Assembly (NCBI RefSeq): GCF_041956535.1
Contig: NW_027192191.1
Span: 1,568,087-1,632,086, forward strand
DNA length: 64,000 nucleotides
From: Calcarisporiella thermophila CBS 279.70
Lineage: Eukaryota > Fungi > Calcarisporiellomycota
Direction of reading: 5' to 3'
The first letter of the stretch is position 1. The number at the start of each line of letters is the position of its first letter. The notes beneath the pieces were generated by a model, which did not search any database, had not been told where the DNA came from, and was given only the letters and a program-made list of their open reading frames with translations. Below, piece by piece: positions 60,717 through 64,000 of this stretch. A program made the translations under genes and the position numbers.

Positions 60717-63337
60717 TTACCTGATCACTAGGTTCTCTTCCGTGTCCACCGTCTCCACACAGCAGTGCAGCTCCTCCGCCTTGCTCAGCAGCTCGCCGAA
60801 GTAGTTGATGGCTTCTTGAGAAACGCTGGCGACCTTGCTGTGCTCCTGGCGGCGCTTCTCATGCTGCTCGATGGCTCGCTGGAAGTGGGCCTGCAGGTTG
60901 AAGGAGGAGAAGCGGAGTACCTTGCGACCCTCGCGGGTGATGCGCCGCGCCTCCTCCTCGATATAGTACGTCTCGTCGAGATGGCGGCGGATCTTGCGCG
61001 CGACCTTGCGCTCCACCGCGTTGCGCATGTCGCTCACCACGTACACGACGAGGCTGATGCCGGCGATGCTCAGCAGAGGCACGATCCACTTGCGCAGATT
61101 GGACGCCCCCACCATGTTGGACGCGTGCAGCACGTTGGTGAACGCGTCCTTGAAGCCCAGGATCCTGCCGCCCACCATTGTGCAGGCGCCAAGCGACACG
61201 CTCACGATGCTTAGCTTGTCCTGGAGATCGAAGTCGAAGAAGTCGGTTAGTTCGATGGGCACATCGACGGGCATTGGGCAGTTGCGCCGGAACATGCCCG
61301 CCGTGTCCACCTCGGACGCGTAGGCGTCAATGTGGCGCTTCCCGAGGCGATCGATCACCTCCAGGGTGGTTTGCGTGAGGGCCTTCGCGTCCACCTCGCA
61401 TGTAAGCACCTCCTTTTCAATCGTGTCCGCCATGGCGTCGCGCACGTCCTCCGCAAACCGTAGCGCCTTGAGCAGCCCCTGCCATTGGCATTTCTGGGCA
61501 ACCACGTCCTCGAGTGATTGTACCGTGGTGGTGAGGCGGGAGGTCACCATCTTCTCGATGTTGAGCGCAGTGCTTTCGGCGCGCTTCTCCACCTCTTCGA
61601 GCACGTGTTCCCGCACGCGCAGGATGCGCTCGTACACGGGCGCGTCCCGGTCCATCTCCTCCTTGACGCGCTTATACTCGCGCTCCGCCATCCTGCGGTT
61701 GAAGTCCGCCAGGACGCCAATGTCCTGTAGCACGTTGCCCAGGAACACCTTGGCCGGGGTCAGTTTCGATTTGGAACGATTCTCGAGAACAAATGCGCGC
61801 AGGCAGCTCTCGAGCCGAGAGAAGTCATCGTGCGAGGGCTTGTCGTCGGCGCGCTCCGCATTGACGGAGCCCGCGCTCACAAAATGCACCAGCACTTCCG
61901 ACTCCTCGTAGGTTCGAGGGGAGAGCTGGCGGATTTGCTCGAGGATCAGCCGGCGACAGCGCTCTTTGTCGCGAATCGAGTCGAACCGGTTCACAACTAT
62001 GAAGATGTGAGTTTTTTCGTTCGCCGCGTTCCAGAGGAATTCTTTGCCCTAGGTGCGACAACATCCAAATCATTTCCTCATCAATAAACAGGGAGGGGAG
62101 GGGAGGGGGGTCAAGGGGCCGGCCAACTTACCGAAAGCGTGAAGTGATTCTCAGCACTAACCACAAACACCACCACATCGATCTCCTCCTGGCGAGCAAA
62201 GAGGGCTGTAGTCTTCAAGGAATCGCGATTCAGACCGGGAGAGTCGATCAGCGCAATATCCACCACGCCGTTGTGTAACAGGCTCTCGTTCGACTCACGC
62301 TTGTCTTTGCAGTAAACCTTGAGTAGCTGGTATTGGTCCGCGCAATCCGTCACAATCTTCTCCAGGTGACGCATCTCATAGCGTGTGAATGTCGTGTCAT
62401 CCTCCCGATTATAGATGGAGGGATCCGGAATAGCGTGCACCTCCTCGATGCCATCGTTCTCGTCTGCATCAAGCACCTCACAGAACAGGGTGGTGCAAGG
62501 CTGCTGATCCATAGGCATCACGTCTCGTCGCAACAATGCATTGACAAATGTGCTCTTCCCTGCATTGAGGTCGCCCGTCACTAGCACTTTGGAGCTGGTA
62601 TCAGATACGCGTGCGCAGAGATTTTCTAGATGGCGGAGGGCCGACTGGAGGCGGCCATCCAAAAGCTGGGCAATGGCGCTATTTTCCAGATTCTCAAGGC
62701 TAGCCGTAGCTTGCTGATGACCCATTTTAATATCCAATTTCAAAACATTCATCTGCGAATTGAATGAGCACGCTGCTTCCGAGGTGATCAAGCGATTCTC
62801 CTGCTGCGGTTGCTGCTGCCGCTGCGGTTGCTCATGGTTCACGTAGCCCATCGTGTTGGAGCGGCGGAATGCATGGGGAGGCACACTATGTGTCATGGCC
62901 TCCGAAGCCTCCTCGTCCTCGTCGTCGCTTTTGATCTCGAATGAGCGAGTGCGGCGGAGCTTGGGCCGCTCATCGCTCTCGTTCCGCGACGGTTGTGGCC
63001 GCTGCGGCTGCTGCGGATCCGACGCTAGGAAAGGATAGTGGACGAGGAACTTGCTCGTGTTGGCGGTACGGAGATCCTCAAGTAGAGATCGGGTATTTGC
63101 AAGGTATTTGAGTAGGCGGCGGCTTTTGTAGGCAAACAGTTTTTGTTCATTGGAGAGTGCGTGTTTGTTGGGTGCGGACGACGACGAAGCAGTGGAGTTG
63201 ACAAGCGAGGTGGCGGAGGTCTCAAGGGAAATGGGGTGTGATTCAAAGGAGTCGGCCAGCTCGGAGTCAGAGTCCATGTCTGCTTCGAGCTCGCCCTCCT
63301 TTGCACGGCCTTTACCTTTGAAGAATTCTTGTGACAT
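60717..63337 (-). CDS. FZO1: Mitofusin, dynamin-like GTPase (2 exons)
   Basis: KVLVTGDLNAGKSTFVNALL, DQQPCT, IDSPGLN, QEEIDVVVFVVSAENHFTLS|GKEFL, VVNRFD, two TM segments and a C-terminal heptad. Intron 62049-62131. Confidence 0.96.
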
Positions 63338-64000
63338 TGTGGTGGTGATTTTTGTTTTCGTTGTTTGAGTTACGGGGGGATTTTCTTCCCTTTAGTCAGT
63401 CCAGTACGGCGCAGCAATGTTGCGATTTTTTCCGATTACTTAACCGGGTAAGGGAGGAGGGAAAATGGCTAGCCGAACTAAGCGAAGACTTCCTACTAAC
63501 TTTAAAAATTAACAAAACATATAAAGGGGGGGGGGGGGGTAAGGAGGGGGAGAAAAAAAGCTAATAGGAGACAGGAATCAGATAACGATGGGTGATTTTG
63601 TAGAAATACAAAATGTGTGACGGGAAATAAACAAGTGCATATTTTTCGAGATTTAGCAAACTATAGAAATTAAAAGTGAGTTGGAGAGCGGTATATAAAT
63701 GTATAATTAGAAAAAAAAAGAGAATTAGACGGAATATAATACACTCTTATAAAGCACGTACAAGGTATGAGCCGGTTATGAGGGCGATCATTCGAAATAA
63801 GGTTTGTAATCTTCCATTAGCATTCTCCACTTCTGCCCAAACAGCACGCCAAGCAGGAAGATAAGCATCATCCCAAGTATCCACAATATCCGATGGAATC
63901 CATACAGGCTTTCTCCGACGCCGGCTTTATTCTTTGCTTGCTCTGCGCCAGCCCCATGTCGCATCGCCATCTCCTTCAGCTTTAATCTAAGCTCGTTGAT

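Noticed and set aside
1-64000. tRNA/rRNA, CRISPR arrays, transposase or RT remnants, and in-frame TGA selenoprotein candidates
   Set aside because: None were recognised by eye, and the stops within genes are explained by introns. tRNAscan, Infernal and RepeatMasker would be needed to exclude them formally.

Overview
This is a gene-dense, intron-containing eukaryotic window, with GT-AG introns mostly 50-160 nt long and CTRAY branch points. Gene content points to a fungus, most likely an early-diverging (Mucoromycota-like) lineage; this is an inference from the WC-1, PacC and Fzo1 sequence style and from an ATP-type DAG kinase. I can reconstruct about 24 protein-coding genes, in order: P450 3' end, PacC/Rim101-like TF, NIPA Mg transporter, GDT1, a 65-aa spliced basic microprotein, EXO1, APC1, RPL28/uL15, LITAF, EME1, EIF1AD, LysM protein, RED/IK, White collar-1 (LOV-PAS-PAS-GATA), HExxH metallopeptidase-jacalin, a single-pass membrane protein, a CorA with GTN instead of GMN, DAG kinase, Kv-beta-type AKR, membrane M24 peptidase, ornithine aminotransferase, EMC8/9, a 134-aa disordered protein with a 1.28-kb intron, a large RasGAP-like/VPS9/SEL1 protein, and Fzo1. 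I saw no rRNA, tRNA, CRISPR array or transposon. No multi-gene novel system is demonstrable from the sequence. The best leads are the mitochondrial-type microprotein, the GTN-CorA, the long-intron gene, a cluster of PacC-type sites at LITAF, the frame discontinuity in the VPS9 gene, and a shift in base composition along the window. Exon boundaries were derived by eye.
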